From assembly GCA_038496445.1 (NCBI GenBank), contig JALMLS010000421.1, forward strand, positions 124,001-188,000: 64,000 bases of DNA. Reading direction: 5' to 3'. The position numbers were made by a program, and so were the translations under genes. Below the pieces are notes generated by a model. It did no database searches, was not told the origin of the DNA, and saw nothing but the letters and a program-made list of their open reading frames with translations. Shown in pieces: positions 27,101-39,431 of this stretch. Source of the stretch: Trichosphaerium sp. ATCC 40318. Lineage: Eukaryota; Protista; Tubulinea. How positions within the stretch are numbered: position 1 is the stretch's first letter; every line of letters starts with the position of its first letter.

Positions 27101-27204
27101 ACAAATTGGTAAGCTGAGGGGACAGGCCATATCCCTTGTGGTTGTTCAGCGTAACTGAGGAAAATAAACGCCAAAAACAGTAACAGCAATGAAACGGTGG
27201 CCAT
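24193..27204 (-). CDS. GH20 beta-N-acetylhexosaminidase (fungal/plant/insect-type)
   Basis: Signal [61 protein letters not shown], catalytic FHLGSDE, YLDCG...[28 protein letters not shown]. Confidence 0.93.
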
Positions 27205-28286
27205 GTTTCTGTGTCAGCACGATTTAACTTAACGTTAGTCTGCCTTAACCTAACTTTACGATATGCTTAGAGCAGACAGTCACGTGCTTGCTACAAAAGA
27301 AGGGGCATTTAAAAAGAGCTTTGAAATTAACATAACGTTATTTCAACTCAATGACATTGGCACATGTAAGATATATAAAGGAAACATGGTTGCAATTTTC
27401 AAAAAAAGACGAGTTTCGAATTGAAGTGCCCACTACCTCCGAGATGCCCGGCAGTCGTTGCTGGGCGAGGAGACAGACAGTAGAATTACGTTTCGTCAGG
27501 AAATCTAAGATGACTGCACCTTGTGGCTCATCGACATAATGACCTCAACTTAGCTTTTTGTAAACCAAAAAAAATCTATTGCGGGCTAAATGTAATCAAA
27601 TTTCCCCGCTGTAGAAATGAAACGTGTACAGTAAGGCAACACGTAAATACTGATGTGCAAAACAAGTGGCAAATGAATGCCTGTAAACCTGTTTTATTTT
27701 TAAACTCAGAGATCTGTTGCGTGATACGTTGTTTCCTACGCGGTGCGATAGGTGTTACTGTATTTTGAAGCAGTTTTGTGGAATGGCCTGTGGGTTTTGC
27801 TGAAACGACTTCAAAAACACCTTAAAGCTTTAGCTTGCGCTTTTAGAACCTGTTGGAATAAAATAAAGCACATACTTCAGGTTATTAATTGCTACAATTG
27901 GGTAAAACAGAAAAAATTGAAAGTTGATGCGAAAATTGTCGTTTTAATTGCTCTAGTACAAAAAAAATCGGTAACATACCACAAAGTCAATTACCGACGG
28001 TACAAGGAACAAGAAAAGAAGATTACTAGGCTAGTTTGCCTGCTTGTCCTCCAAAAAAAAGCAAAGAAGAAAAAAGACAGCCGTGAAGGCGTTAGTATCT
28101 ATTGGAGTGACGTTTGGCATAAAACTCCGCTATTTCTACGTTAGGATTAGGTATGACGCTATATAGTGTTACCGCGTTATTATCCTGTACTCGTAATACT
28201 TGTGATTTGTACCACTTTGCTGTACTTTGATAAAAGTTAAGTCGTTTAACGACAGATTCGGTCTGGCGTATACCAAAACAGACGCT

Positions 28287-30793
28287 ATGGCAAGGATTGT
28301 ATTAGTTTGTATGAAGAATGCGACGTTTATTGTTTTAACCTTGTTTTTATTAGGTTTTGCTTTTGTTTGTCTCTGCACCGCCACACTTACGGTATTGACG
28401 CCCAGCAGTGCAAGTAATACAACCATACGCATATGGCCACAAAAATACAAAGGGAACACTGTCAATTTTGCTCCATTTATTGGCGAAGTAGTTTACTCAA
28501 CATATAGCAACAAAACAGGCGCGTTTACAAAAACCAATCAAAATAGCTTTAATTAGTTTTTTTGCGCTGGCCAATGTTTCTCTACGCACTGCGAACTAGT
28601 GTATTTAATATAACCGCTTTTCGGCCGGAAACGTCAATCTTGTAGCTGAAAAAAAACTAAAGAGTTTTCTAACTGTACATATTGTTTAGGTAAAATCGTG
28701 GTAATACGTGACTGTGCGCCTCCTGTAGAAGATATATATCGTGCCCTACAATCAGAAGGTGCAATTTCTATACTGTGCGCTTTGAAAGGGTACCCGGGGT
28801 CTGTTCCGGGCCATGTACGTTGCACTTGTTTTTTTTTATTGAAACTAACTGTTCAACTTGTTTCAGCAAATGTATGCTGTTGATGGCTCTGATACTTCCG
28901 ATATTATAGTACCTATTGCTTCTATACATATAGGAGATATAGAGGAGTTTATGGACGCTAATGAGGCATTTTTAGTGCTTGTTAGTACAGGTAACTTTAG
29001 ATTTTTCTTTCGAATTTTGTGATTTCAAGGCGAGCTCTGTTTCTACGATTACTGAACTCCGCTTAGAGTCAAATGAGTTTATGGTAGCGTATGAGAGTTA
29101 TTGGATATATATATGGCAAGCTACTATAGCATTATGTGTACTAGCAAATATGTGTCTGATTTGCATGAGGTACACGTTATGATCCAAGAAAAAATTAGTC
29201 CTAACTTTAAGGTGAAGAAGACAAGCATCTTACAAATTTATTTAGGCTGTATCAACTCTTTGTATACTACAAAGGATTTTCACCGAGTGTTGCATTCTTT
29301 TGCATACTACTACTGCTCATTGCAACTCTTGGTAAGCTAGCAATCAATCTACAACAAAATAGCAGTTTATTTTTCTAAATAATTTATAGCTATGGCGGTT
29401 GGTGTTTGTGTTGACCCTCTTGGTACTTATAACATATACAATTACTGGCTTTTTGAGATATTATTCACCTTATCACTACCTTTTGTATTGGCACCATTAA
29501 TGTTAATGGCGTTATGGTGGTAAGAAGCCAGAGTGGATTTAGTCAAATTAAATTCTCATTTTTTTCGTTCTTTAGGCAAAATATTTTAGGTTCGTTGAGA
29601 ACTCAAATAAGTCCAGGTCTCTCGAAATATAGCTGGGTATTCTATTTATGGATCTCGTTTGTTATTATACAAGAATTAATAAGCTCTATAATACGTTCTA
29701 TCTTCCAGGATGTAAGTCTTACTTATAGAGTAATTTCGTCGTTGATATGTTTTTTTTTAGACGATAACGTTGATGGCGTATATATCTGCCACGTGCTACA
29801 TTATAAGTTCAATTGGCGTATTAATATATTGCTCAGTTACTTTATACAGACTACGTAAAAGAGTTGATAATATGGCTTTAAGAAGTGCAAGAACAAAGAA
29901 CGAATTAGAAAAGGTAAGCCAAACTTTTTATTATTTTATTTTTCAAAGGTTGACTAAAAACACAGATCAAATACCGTATGATTGCTGTTGTTACGCTTAT
30001 TGTTATTCTATTTATATCATATGTTGTGTTTGTGTACGTTTTATAGATATTCGTAACGCCTTTTGTTTGTACTAACTGTGTTGTGTTAAGAACGAGAATA
30101 ACAGAGTTCCCAGTTACGAGAATGATTTTCTGGTGGGTTTTCTGGGTATTCCAATCGTTGTTGATAGCAACTCAAGCACTTACTGTTGGACCACCAAAGA
30201 GGAGTCACCATGCTACAACTGCTGAAAGTAATGTACCAAGAGAACGGGGAAAAATCCGAAGAGACGGCGAATCCATTATCTCTCGACTGTACTAATTTTT
30301 TTTTTCTTCAAGTCGTTTTTCTGATGCTTGTTTAACCTTAGGGATAACTCTTCTATGATGGATGGTGCATCTATTATGGAGGATGGAGGTATCTCACCTG
30401 CGAAAAAGCCTTATCCAATAGAAGAGTCATCTTCTTCCGGTGTAGACGAGGAGTATAGTGATGAACCAGATAAAGTGCCTTTAAGCCCTGAATCAAAAAG
30501 AAGAGCTGCTGGTCAGTTGAAAGGATGGCGTAGTGCTTTTGGCGCTTTTAAGAAGAATGTATGGAGTAGTTCTTCTATATCACAGAAGAGTAAAAGCATG
30601 CAAGTTATAAGACGTCCAACATTTAAGAAAAAAGGTACACTTCTTTTTGAAAAAAACGTGATTTTTTTTTAATGCATTCGCCTAATGTTTATTAGACTTT
30701 GGAAATAGTTCTTCTGATTCTAGTGAAGGAAATGTAATGGAAGCCATTGAAGAAGATGGCGATCAAGAAGTCTTGGGTGATGAAAAAGTGTAA
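28287..30793 (+). CDS. Signal peptide + PA-like ectodomain + 7TM protein with long Ser-rich cytoplasmic tail (diverged relative of A1/A2)
   Basis: GKIVVIRDC...EGAISIL ectodomain; CVDPLGTYNIY and LMALWW equivalent to IDPIYSRHVF and LIAFYW of A1/A2; several TM exons. Confidence 0.7.
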
Positions 30794-31016
30794 ATTAAAA
30801 AAAAAAGGTACAACCCAAATTTACAATTGTTCATTGCTTCTTCACCTGACTATTTTGTTTATTGCATAGTGTCTCAACAGAAAAAAGTAGAAAATATATT
30901 CATCCTATACACATAAGTGTTGTAATTTAACTCAAAAAACACGTGTGGATTGAACGTACTATGTAATTTAATAATCTCTAAATAAAACAAAATAGAATAA
31001 GTGTTTTGAATAGGTT

Positions 31017-31991
31017 CTATTCAAAAGTGCCCTGTATCAATTGATGACCTTTGTAATCCCATTTCATGCACTCTCCGTCAACGTTTCCATTGACATAGTT
31101 ACACTGTTTCCACAACTGGCCATTTTCATGCCAATGCTTTGCCTCTCCTTCAAGTTTTCCATTTACATAGTTACACTTTTTCCATAGCTGGCCATTTTCG
31201 TGCCAATGCTTTGATTCTCCCTCAAATTTACCATTTACATAGCTGCAGTGATGTTTGAGTTGGCCATTGTAATGATACTCCTTGTACTCTCCTTCGTATT
31301 TACCATTGATATAGTTGCATTGTGTGTTCAAAATACCGTTAAAATCCCATGACTTGTACTCTCCATGTTTTATACCATTCAAGTAATTAGCTTGAATCAT
31401 AAATTGCCCATTATCATACCAATACTTTTGCTCCCCGGCTTGCGAACCATTCACATAATAGATCTGACGCATCAATTGATCATTGTCATACCAATACTTG
31501 CTTTCTCCTTCTTGTATACCATTTACATAGTAGCTCTTCTCTTTCAATTGTCCACATTCATACCAACGCGTGATTTCTTCTTGTTTATCTTTACCATTGA
31601 TGTAATTCGATAACTGCTTTAATTGGCCATGGATATACCAAGTCTTATACTCTCCATCACGTTCACCATTGATGTAGGTACCTTGTGATTCTACCTGACC
31701 AAAAGTACTATACCTAAACCAAGATTTGAACTCTCCATGACGCTCACCATGGCTCCAACACTCCTGACAAAAAACTTTGGTGATACCTCTTTGTTGCCAT
31801 TTTCCATGCTTTTTCATATCACCATCAAACCTTGTCATTGTCGCTGTGGTTTTAGACAGAAGCGGCCATATTAAATAGGTTGATGCGTCCAAATCAATAA
31901 TATCAAGCTGAATCTCAACTGGAAGCTGTAATAGACGACACTCGTCTAATTCTATTGCTAATATCTCTTCATTACTTGATACAATGCTCAT
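31017..31991 (-). CDS. Intronless F-box-like + MORN-variant (MORN_2/YwqK-type) repeat protein
   Basis: LLQLPVEIQLDII F-box start, then about 9 repeats of 24 aa (GEYKxWYxNGQLxxxxxYVNG). Confidence 0.85.
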   Translation of the reverse strand: MSIVSSNEEILAIELDECRLLQLPVEIQLDIIDLDASTYLIWPLLSKTTATMTRFDGDMKKHGKWQQRGITKVFCQECWSHGERHGEFKSWFRYSTFGQVESQGTYINGERDGEYKTWYIHGQLKQLSNYINGKDKQEEITRWYECGQLKEKSYYVNGIQEGESKYWYDNDQLMRQIYYVNGSQAGEQKYWYDNGQFMIQANYLNGIKHGEYKSWDFNGILNTQCNYINGKYEGEYKEYHYNGQLKHHCSYVNGKFEGESKHWHENGQLWKKCNYVNGKLEGEAKHWHENGQLWKQCNYVNGNVDGECMKWDYKGHQLIQGTFE

Positions 31992-33603
31992 TATGAGATT
32001 GAAAGGTATAGATTGCTTATGAATACCCTGCAGCGTTCAGTTGTGACATTTAGACTTGATGAGCTCTCATGAAATCTGGTTGTACTTTTTCCTCTCGGAA
32101 CGTGACGTAATTTTTACGCGTTGTCAAGTCAATTAAGATAGGTTTAAGCACATTTATGGCACTGAAGTCACGTGATGATGCCAAGTAAAGAATACGTTTA
32201 TAAAATCATTTGCACTCTGTATTATCGGTAAGAATAGTAACGAAACTGCCATTTTGTTGGTCATTACTCATAACCCAGACCCTCTCCATACCTCACATTA
32301 TTTGAAGCTTTTGCTTGAAGATGTACAATATTTCGTGATTTTAAAACGAAGTACATGCTCGTACTGATGACTAATGACATCATGGTTAATCATTTAATTT
32401 AATCGATAAACTGCGTCAACTCCTCAACCTGGTAACGTGGATAAAACTTCAAATGGTTCAACTTTTTACAAAAAAAACTTGCAGTATCTTATGAGGACTA
32501 GCAGGTCTTGCAAACTAAACCAGAACGCTGTGACATAGTTTATTTAATAAGAAACCAAATAGTACAACCTCTTGACATTCAAATCTTTTTATCTCCGTAG
32601 TGTTTGATTATGCACCTGTTGCGTGGTGGAAAAGCGAAGTTGTATCCTTTTTTGGAAAGAGTCTAGCTTTCTAGCGGAGACGGGCAAGGATTGACGCTTC
32701 CTTTCAGACTAACGTATCAATCTCGTTAATAACAATGGGATAAAATCCTCCCTCATATCAAAGTGTACGCTAGACGGAAAACCCAAATATGTAGTAACCT
32801 ATTGTCAAAAAGTCAAAAATTCAGGCACCTCCTCAAGATTTACTTCTACAAAATTCTACCAGACTTCCCCTGTGGCATCCTTCCTGGGCATGAAGAAGCT
32901 CAACAAAATAAACTAGCATGACGAAAGTATTTTGCTGCGCAGTATTGTTCTTCATTAATTCGTACTCTTAAGAACGCGAAAACAACTGCTTGTGGTGTCG
33001 AAAATACGGTTTTGTGTACAGATTAAGAACTCATACAATCAGATTTACATTTTTCTCTACGTCTTGTTACCGAACGTTAGGTTTTTGGTTTGATGCCGAC
33101 AGTGTTGGTACAAGTTGCGTTTTCGGCACTTCCAATACCCAACAAGTAGTCCTCAACTTGCAACAAGTTTTGTACAGCCGTTGTATAACTTAGTTACCTT
33201 CTATGAACCTTTACACGAACTACTGAGCCCGGGAAGCGGAAACAGCTGTATTTCAAGTCAGTAGCGCAAACTGTCTACAAAAAGGCGTTAGAATACACAT
33301 ACCGCGTCAGAGAGTTCATATATACAATTCATACAAGAGAACTACCACAAACAAGCTAAGGACGGTACTTCTTAAACGGAATTGCAGTTCCGTTTTATTG
33401 ATAGAGTCTGATATCTTAGCGTCTAGTGTTACACGTCATGAAGTTTTAAAGCTATTTTGTACCAATTTCACCATTTTTAGTTTATATCCTTTTCCGGAAT
33501 ATCCGCGACCTAATCGGAGTCTAGCGTACTTCAAAATAACACAAACACATACACAACACAACCACAACAAACAAACTACACAATAACATACCCGTTAATC
33601 ACT

Positions 33604-34434
33604 ATGTCAGCACAGCAAGTTCTATGCTTACTCGTAGTTCTATTCTGCGTTCACAACGCAATTGCGCATTCGTATCTATTCGACGACCCAATGCCTTTCA
33701 GTAAGGGCAGTAAAGGACGCGGAGGATGCCGTGTTGATAATATTAAAGGCACAGGAAGGACTTGTAGAGGTCCTTGTGAGGATTACGACGACGTAACCTT
33801 TGAGGTCACCAAAACTTACAAACGTGGCCAAAAATACAAGTACAACTGGGCTAGAAACAACCACAAACACGGTTACGTAAGAGTAGCTATCGTACCTTGG
33901 GAGTACAAGAACAAAGCATCTGAGTACCATCAGTACGCTATCGCCTACGATTGCTTCGCGGGATCGACTATCACATCAAAGAAGTGTCCAGGTCATAAAC
34001 ATTTCCTTCGATGTAAGCAAGACAAGCAAGGAAAAGGTGTTTACTACGAGTCAGAGTTTACTTTCCCAACTTCTATCCCTGATGGTGAATATATCTTCCA
34101 ATGGACTTGGTTCGGTGGTTCTGATAAAGGAGACTACTACAGTTGTGCTAGTATTCGCGTTCAAGGAGGTGCTCAACTCACTTCGTCTTTCCCTGTTATG
34201 AAAAAGACATGTGATACAAGATCAACAAGAGTTGGACAATGTAAGTATGCTCGTCCTTGCGCAAACGAAAAAGGAGTAGAACAAAAGCACCAAGTTGTTC
34301 AAAAGCTTGATTCCAAAGAATACAATGAAAAGAACAAGCCTCTCGTTCTTGCAAGCAGATATGGCGCAAACCCAATGAACAACGGTGGAAACAATAACAA
34401 CAATCCACCACCTCCACCTCCACCTCCACCAATG

Positions 34435-34475
<41 letters not shown>

Positions 34476-35414
34476 CGGAAATTTCGACCATGAAGCTCCT
34501 GGAACAATTCAAGCTCAGGATTTCTCAGATTTCAGCGACAAAACAGCCGGAAACAGCGGTACAGTTTCTTTTTTTATTCTTCGTTTTTGTTGATACAAGT
34601 TGTATTCTGACAGTGTGTAGGCGGTGACTCTTGTGCAGCTAACAACCATGGTTCCTCTCGCCTTGTAGATTTACAAGAAACCAGTGATATCGGTGGTGAT
34701 TGCAACATCGGTTGGGTTAAGTCTGGTGAATGGGTTGAATACGAAGTTGACTTTACAGAAGAGGCTGAATATGAAATTGATTTCCGTGTCTCTGCAAAAG
34801 GTTCAGCCACAAAACGTATCACAGTCGAAATAGATGGAGATTCCAGAAACTTAGAGCTAAAAGCTACAGATGGATGGGGTAAATGGGAGACACAAACCGT
34901 TGTCTTTGGTAAGGTAGACGAAGGAGATCACGCTGTTAAAATTACCTTCAAAACCGACGAGATCAACGTCAACTACATGACATTCAAAGTCAAAGGAGAC
35001 AACAACAACAACAATAACTGCCCCGGAAAACGTTCTCTCTCTTCGTACGTGTTTTATTTTTCGGGTTTTTTCTACTTTTTTTTGACTTGCTTTCTTGTCG
35101 TATTAACTTGACCCTGTACTCACTTTTGTTCTTTTAGTGATGCTGTGATTGTACAAGAATCCGCTAAATTGACAAGAGGCGCTTCAAACGATGTAATGAT
35201 CAAGTACTTCGCCGAGGAAGACAGTGTTCTACAAGTAACTTTGTGGAATGACTGGACACGTGTTGTTTCTGGTGAAACTCGTGTTGCTGCTGGTAGCGCT
35301 GCTGCTAATGTAACTCTTGCTGTACCTGAGTTTAAACAAACTGAGAATGTATTTATGACCACACAAATGTACCCTTTGAGCCGCTCTGAGGAGACTAAAG
35401 TCATATTAAACTAA
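33604..35414 (+). CDS. Secreted LPMO-like (His-brace) copper protein + Pro/Asn linker + CBM6 + C-terminal beta-domain
   Basis: Predicted signal cleavage after HNAIA leaves His at mature position 1. Second His in WARNNH; YIFQWTWFGG...DYYSC. CBM6-like APGTIQAQDF...NIGWVKSGEWVEYEVDF...FRVSA...NVNYMTF. Confidence 0.75.
34385..34476 (+). repeat. (AAC)n and (CCA/CCT)n coding microsatellites (poly-Asn/poly-Pro linker)
   Basis: aacaacaac... run of about 14 codons and a ccacctccacct run. Confidence 0.9.
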
Positions 35415-35804
35415 ATAAATTCCATCTACTTACTAGTTAGCCTTTGATTTGCCATTGCTTTCTCCTGTCGTAACCACTGATTTTAACTGTATGTATATCT
35501 TGTGTGAACTATGCGATCATTCGTCGTAAAATGCACCTGGATCTACAGACTACATAGCAGAGAACGATGACAAACAAAACGGTTTTTTTTACAACATCGT
35601 ATGTGAGTTTTTTTTTGCTCAGATTTTTCTCGGCTGCAGACCATTACTGACTTCTGAGTATTTTTATTGTATCGCGTACCACGTATTTGGTTTTTCTTGA
35701 GAATAGAGATACATTTTATCCGGATTTTGAAGGTCAAATACTTGACAAGTCAAGGCCAAACAAAAACTGCGAGAAAAAATATTGTACTACAGTGTGCACA
35801 ACGA

Positions 35805-38800
35805 ATGTTTCGGCAATTCGCTATTGGCTTGTTAGTTACTACTCTATTGTGCTTATGCCAATGCCAAACGCCAGCAGAGGAAGTAATCTTGAGTCAAATA
35901 GCAGAAGCATTTAATTACAACGAAACAATAACTTGTGAGTAGAAAGCGAAAACGCTACATCGAAGGTACTGTACACGCGCTCTTTTCTTCCTGCGAATTC
36001 TTTGAAAATACGAGGATAAAAAACAAAATAAATTAATCACGTGATGAGTAGTCACCTTTGTTGTAGGCTGAGTGTAATAGCGAAAATAAGGTGACTTCAT
36101 TGTACGTCAGTGCTAATTTTTTTTTTACGTCACGTGTTTTTTCTCTTCTTTTGCTTATAATCCCCTTAAGAACGCTTACACTGTTCGCGACTACTACAAG
36201 TAGGCCTATATTCGTAATCCCTATCGCCATTGAAGGATTAGTCTATTTATCGCAGCTGTACGCTACATGATGATGTTTACGCCCGAATAGGCAAACAACT
36301 ACGATACAAAAAAGGCGGCCTTGTTTTTTTTTTTTTTTCAAACCTTCCCATAATTGCGGGATAGCGAAATCGCCTCCTCGTATCTAGATGGCACAAGCAT
36401 AAAGGTATTATCAAAGCTACCTTCTCTTCGTAAATTGTACGTAATGGTGTCAAACGACAACAGTTTTGCACTGACATTTCCATGAGAAATCTCAACAACC
36501 CCATCAATTTTTCTAACCATTCCCTAGGTCTTTTTCACATGTTACATTCTTTGGTCCTACAATCATAGACCTAAGCGACCTGCCCGACATTGGTTCACCA
36601 CCAACTTCTCAACCAACTTCAAACCTACAAGTCCTCCTGTGGCTCCAACTAACGCGTCAGGACTGGCGTGCGTCAAAAAAAAAACCAGAAGCTGACTTCT
36701 GACCTCACCAAAAACTAGTTCCGAAAAAACAAAACGAGGTGTCGGTGTTGGGATACGCGAGCTGTACGCACGAGTTTGTTTTTTCTCATTAATCATTCTC
36801 TAATTATGCACAGAACTTTTTTTGACTGCGGTTTAACAACCTTACCTCTTACCTCGTCGTCACCTTTCCTTGAAGTACTGTTCGTAATAATTATTTATGA
36901 AGAAAAAAATTATGCTAACTTTTCTTCACAGGGATATTACCGCTAATCATATTAATGCATTGCCTTCTACCATTGATTTTCCGTCATTAAGGGTAAGAAG
37001 GTTTTTATTAACCATAGTTCGTTATTGTATAACACGTGTTAGGCGTTGTACATGGAAGAAAATACTTTTGAAGCGTTTCCAAACCAAGTTTTGGCTTTAA
37101 CTTCTTTGGAGATACTGTACGTCAAATAATCACGTTTCAAATCACGTGATTTGATTCGACTCACCTTTAAATAAGAGATATACAAAGAAATGCGATGACG
37201 GGTAGCTTACCTTCAATGGGTAGTCTAACAGCGTTAAAAAGCTTGTATCCAGTATTTTTTTTAATGCATCATGCATTTCTAAGATCTTTTTTAACTCTCA
37301 AGGAACCTACAATTTAATAGCCTCACATCGTCAATACCTTCTTCATTCTCGCTGATGACGTCTCTAGAGCGCGTGTAAGTGACCTTTATAACATACAATG
37401 AGCGTAACATACTGTAGTGTTCTTAACGACAACCAATTAACCGGAACAATTGATATGTTTTCTGATCTTCCGAACTTGGTAGAATTATCTCTTGTTAATA
37501 ATCAGCTTGATGGACCAATACCACGCTTTGAGTCAACACAATTAGAGATATTGTACGTTAATTTATAAATGTACGGTCATCCATTGCAGAAATATTTACA
37601 AATACAAGGCGTCTAACAAGGAACAACTTCGATAGTATTATGGATGGCTTTGATAGGATGGACAATCTACTCATCATGTACGTGGATCCTCCTTTGTTAA
37701 TACTTAAAGCAGCCATTCTTAGAACCTTTTGCAGCCGTAGGTTTTGCAATACAAGTTGTTTTGTCTTCGTGTCATTAGTTTGTTTGTAACTTTTCTTTAG
37801 TGATTTAGAAGGTAACAAAATAAAATCTCCGTTTCCAATCTCAGTAACAACACATGTAAACCTAACCTATGTGTACGATGCCATTGTTATTTAATCTATT
37901 TATTAAACGCTTATAGAAACCTTCGCAACAATTCTATTTACGGGGAGTTACCTCAAAACTTTGCTTCAAATCTTGGACAAAGCAATAAACTGGTTTATTT
38001 GTACGTACACAGAATATCACGTGTGTTTTTTGACTCACGTGATTTATTCATAGCGATATTGGTCGTAACAACATGACTGGTAACTTGACGTTGCAGTCAT
38101 GGGAGATGATTAATATGACTTCTGGGAGCCTTGTACTGGATTTTAACAAGTTCAGTGGAGAAGTACCGCTTGGTATTTTAAAGACTGGAGCAAAACTTGT
38201 TTATTTGAACAATAACTTACTTGATGATATATTATTACCTCCCTTTGATGAATTAGCAGCAAACATGGCAGTAATAGACTTGAGTGGTAATGATGTTGGT
38301 GGAAGTTTGAGTATGTTTAACTTTTTTTTTGTTCAGTATCAGCCTTGAACGTTAACTGTTTTACAGCTTTCTTGAAAAATATTTCAAGAAGAGATCTACA
38401 ATTGTACGATACTTGCTTAGAAAATTACATTAATGAAAATGTCATTTTTTTTCTAAAATCACGTGATAGCTAGCTAGGTGTACTTTAGTTGTTTTTTTTG
38501 TTTTCACTTTTTTCTTACATTTTTTTAAGGCGACTTGTGGAAACACCAATATGTTGTCCGTTCAACTTTTCAGATGGCGATATACCGTACATATCAATGC
38601 CACAACAATGTTCAGGTATTATACATACATTAAATTAAAAGCATTTGCATAGAAGTACGGTGTTTGACTTCCTGGGTTTTTTTAGGTTGTTTTGAAATAG
38701 AAGGGCGCTTTGGACATAACTGCAAGTGTGAAAGACCTCTGCCTCCTTTCGAGGTATGTGAACTCTAAGTTGAGCGTGTATTTAAAGTATTCTGTAGGGT

Positions 38801-39431
38801 GTTCTATGCACTGAGGAAGGTGAATTCAAAGTAGACTGTAAATTTGTTGGTCAACTTGAAGCATCAGCAGACACGTTTCCTCTTGATGTCCCGATCACTA
38901 TCATTGGCGATGTTCTTATTGGTAATACCATTAACGTCACTAACCCTAATGCGGGAATCACCATATCTGGTACTCCTCAAAAAACATTCTTAAACAAGAG
39001 ACTTACAACCGAAACTTAAAGGTTCTTTTTGTTTGGAGAATACAACATTTACAGTGAACTTCAACGATTTATTCAATGAAAATGAAAACGGACGTATTGA
39101 TCTCTTAAAGTATTCTGAGCTAAATGACAGCTGTAATGGTATAGCTACAGTAGATGCAGAACTACCTGAATGTGCAGAATTCCAGATAGAGAAAACAGAG
39201 AACAGTTTTAGTGGTACCTCTTGATGCTCTAAACGAAAAACTTATTGTTTCCTAGTTTTGTATATTGGAGATGGTTGTAGTAGTGGTAATGTAGGTATTG
39301 TTGTAGGCTCTGTTTTGTCTATATTATTCGTTGTTATAATTGCTGTGGTTATAACAGTTGTACTGCTTACAGTAAAGCCAATACGAAGATGGGTGGTGCC
39401 ATATAGAGACAGAAAAAGTACGCAAAACTAA
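35805..39431 (+). CDS. Type-I membrane leucine-rich-repeat receptor-like protein (many small exons)
   Basis: Signal MFRQFAIGLLVTTLLCLCQC; plant-type LRRs (LxxNQLTGTI, LVNNQLDGPIP, LDFNKFSGEVP); Cys-rich juxtamembrane region; TM VGIVVGSVLSILFVVIIAVVITVVLL; short tail ending DRKSTQN*. Confidence 0.8.

Noticed and set aside
32200-33300. Possible exon fragments in the intergenic gap
   Set aside because: No supportable gene model or homology by eye.
34196-34512. Poly-Cys and poly-Val minus-strand ORFs
   Set aside because: Antisense reading of the (AAC)n/(CCA)n linker.
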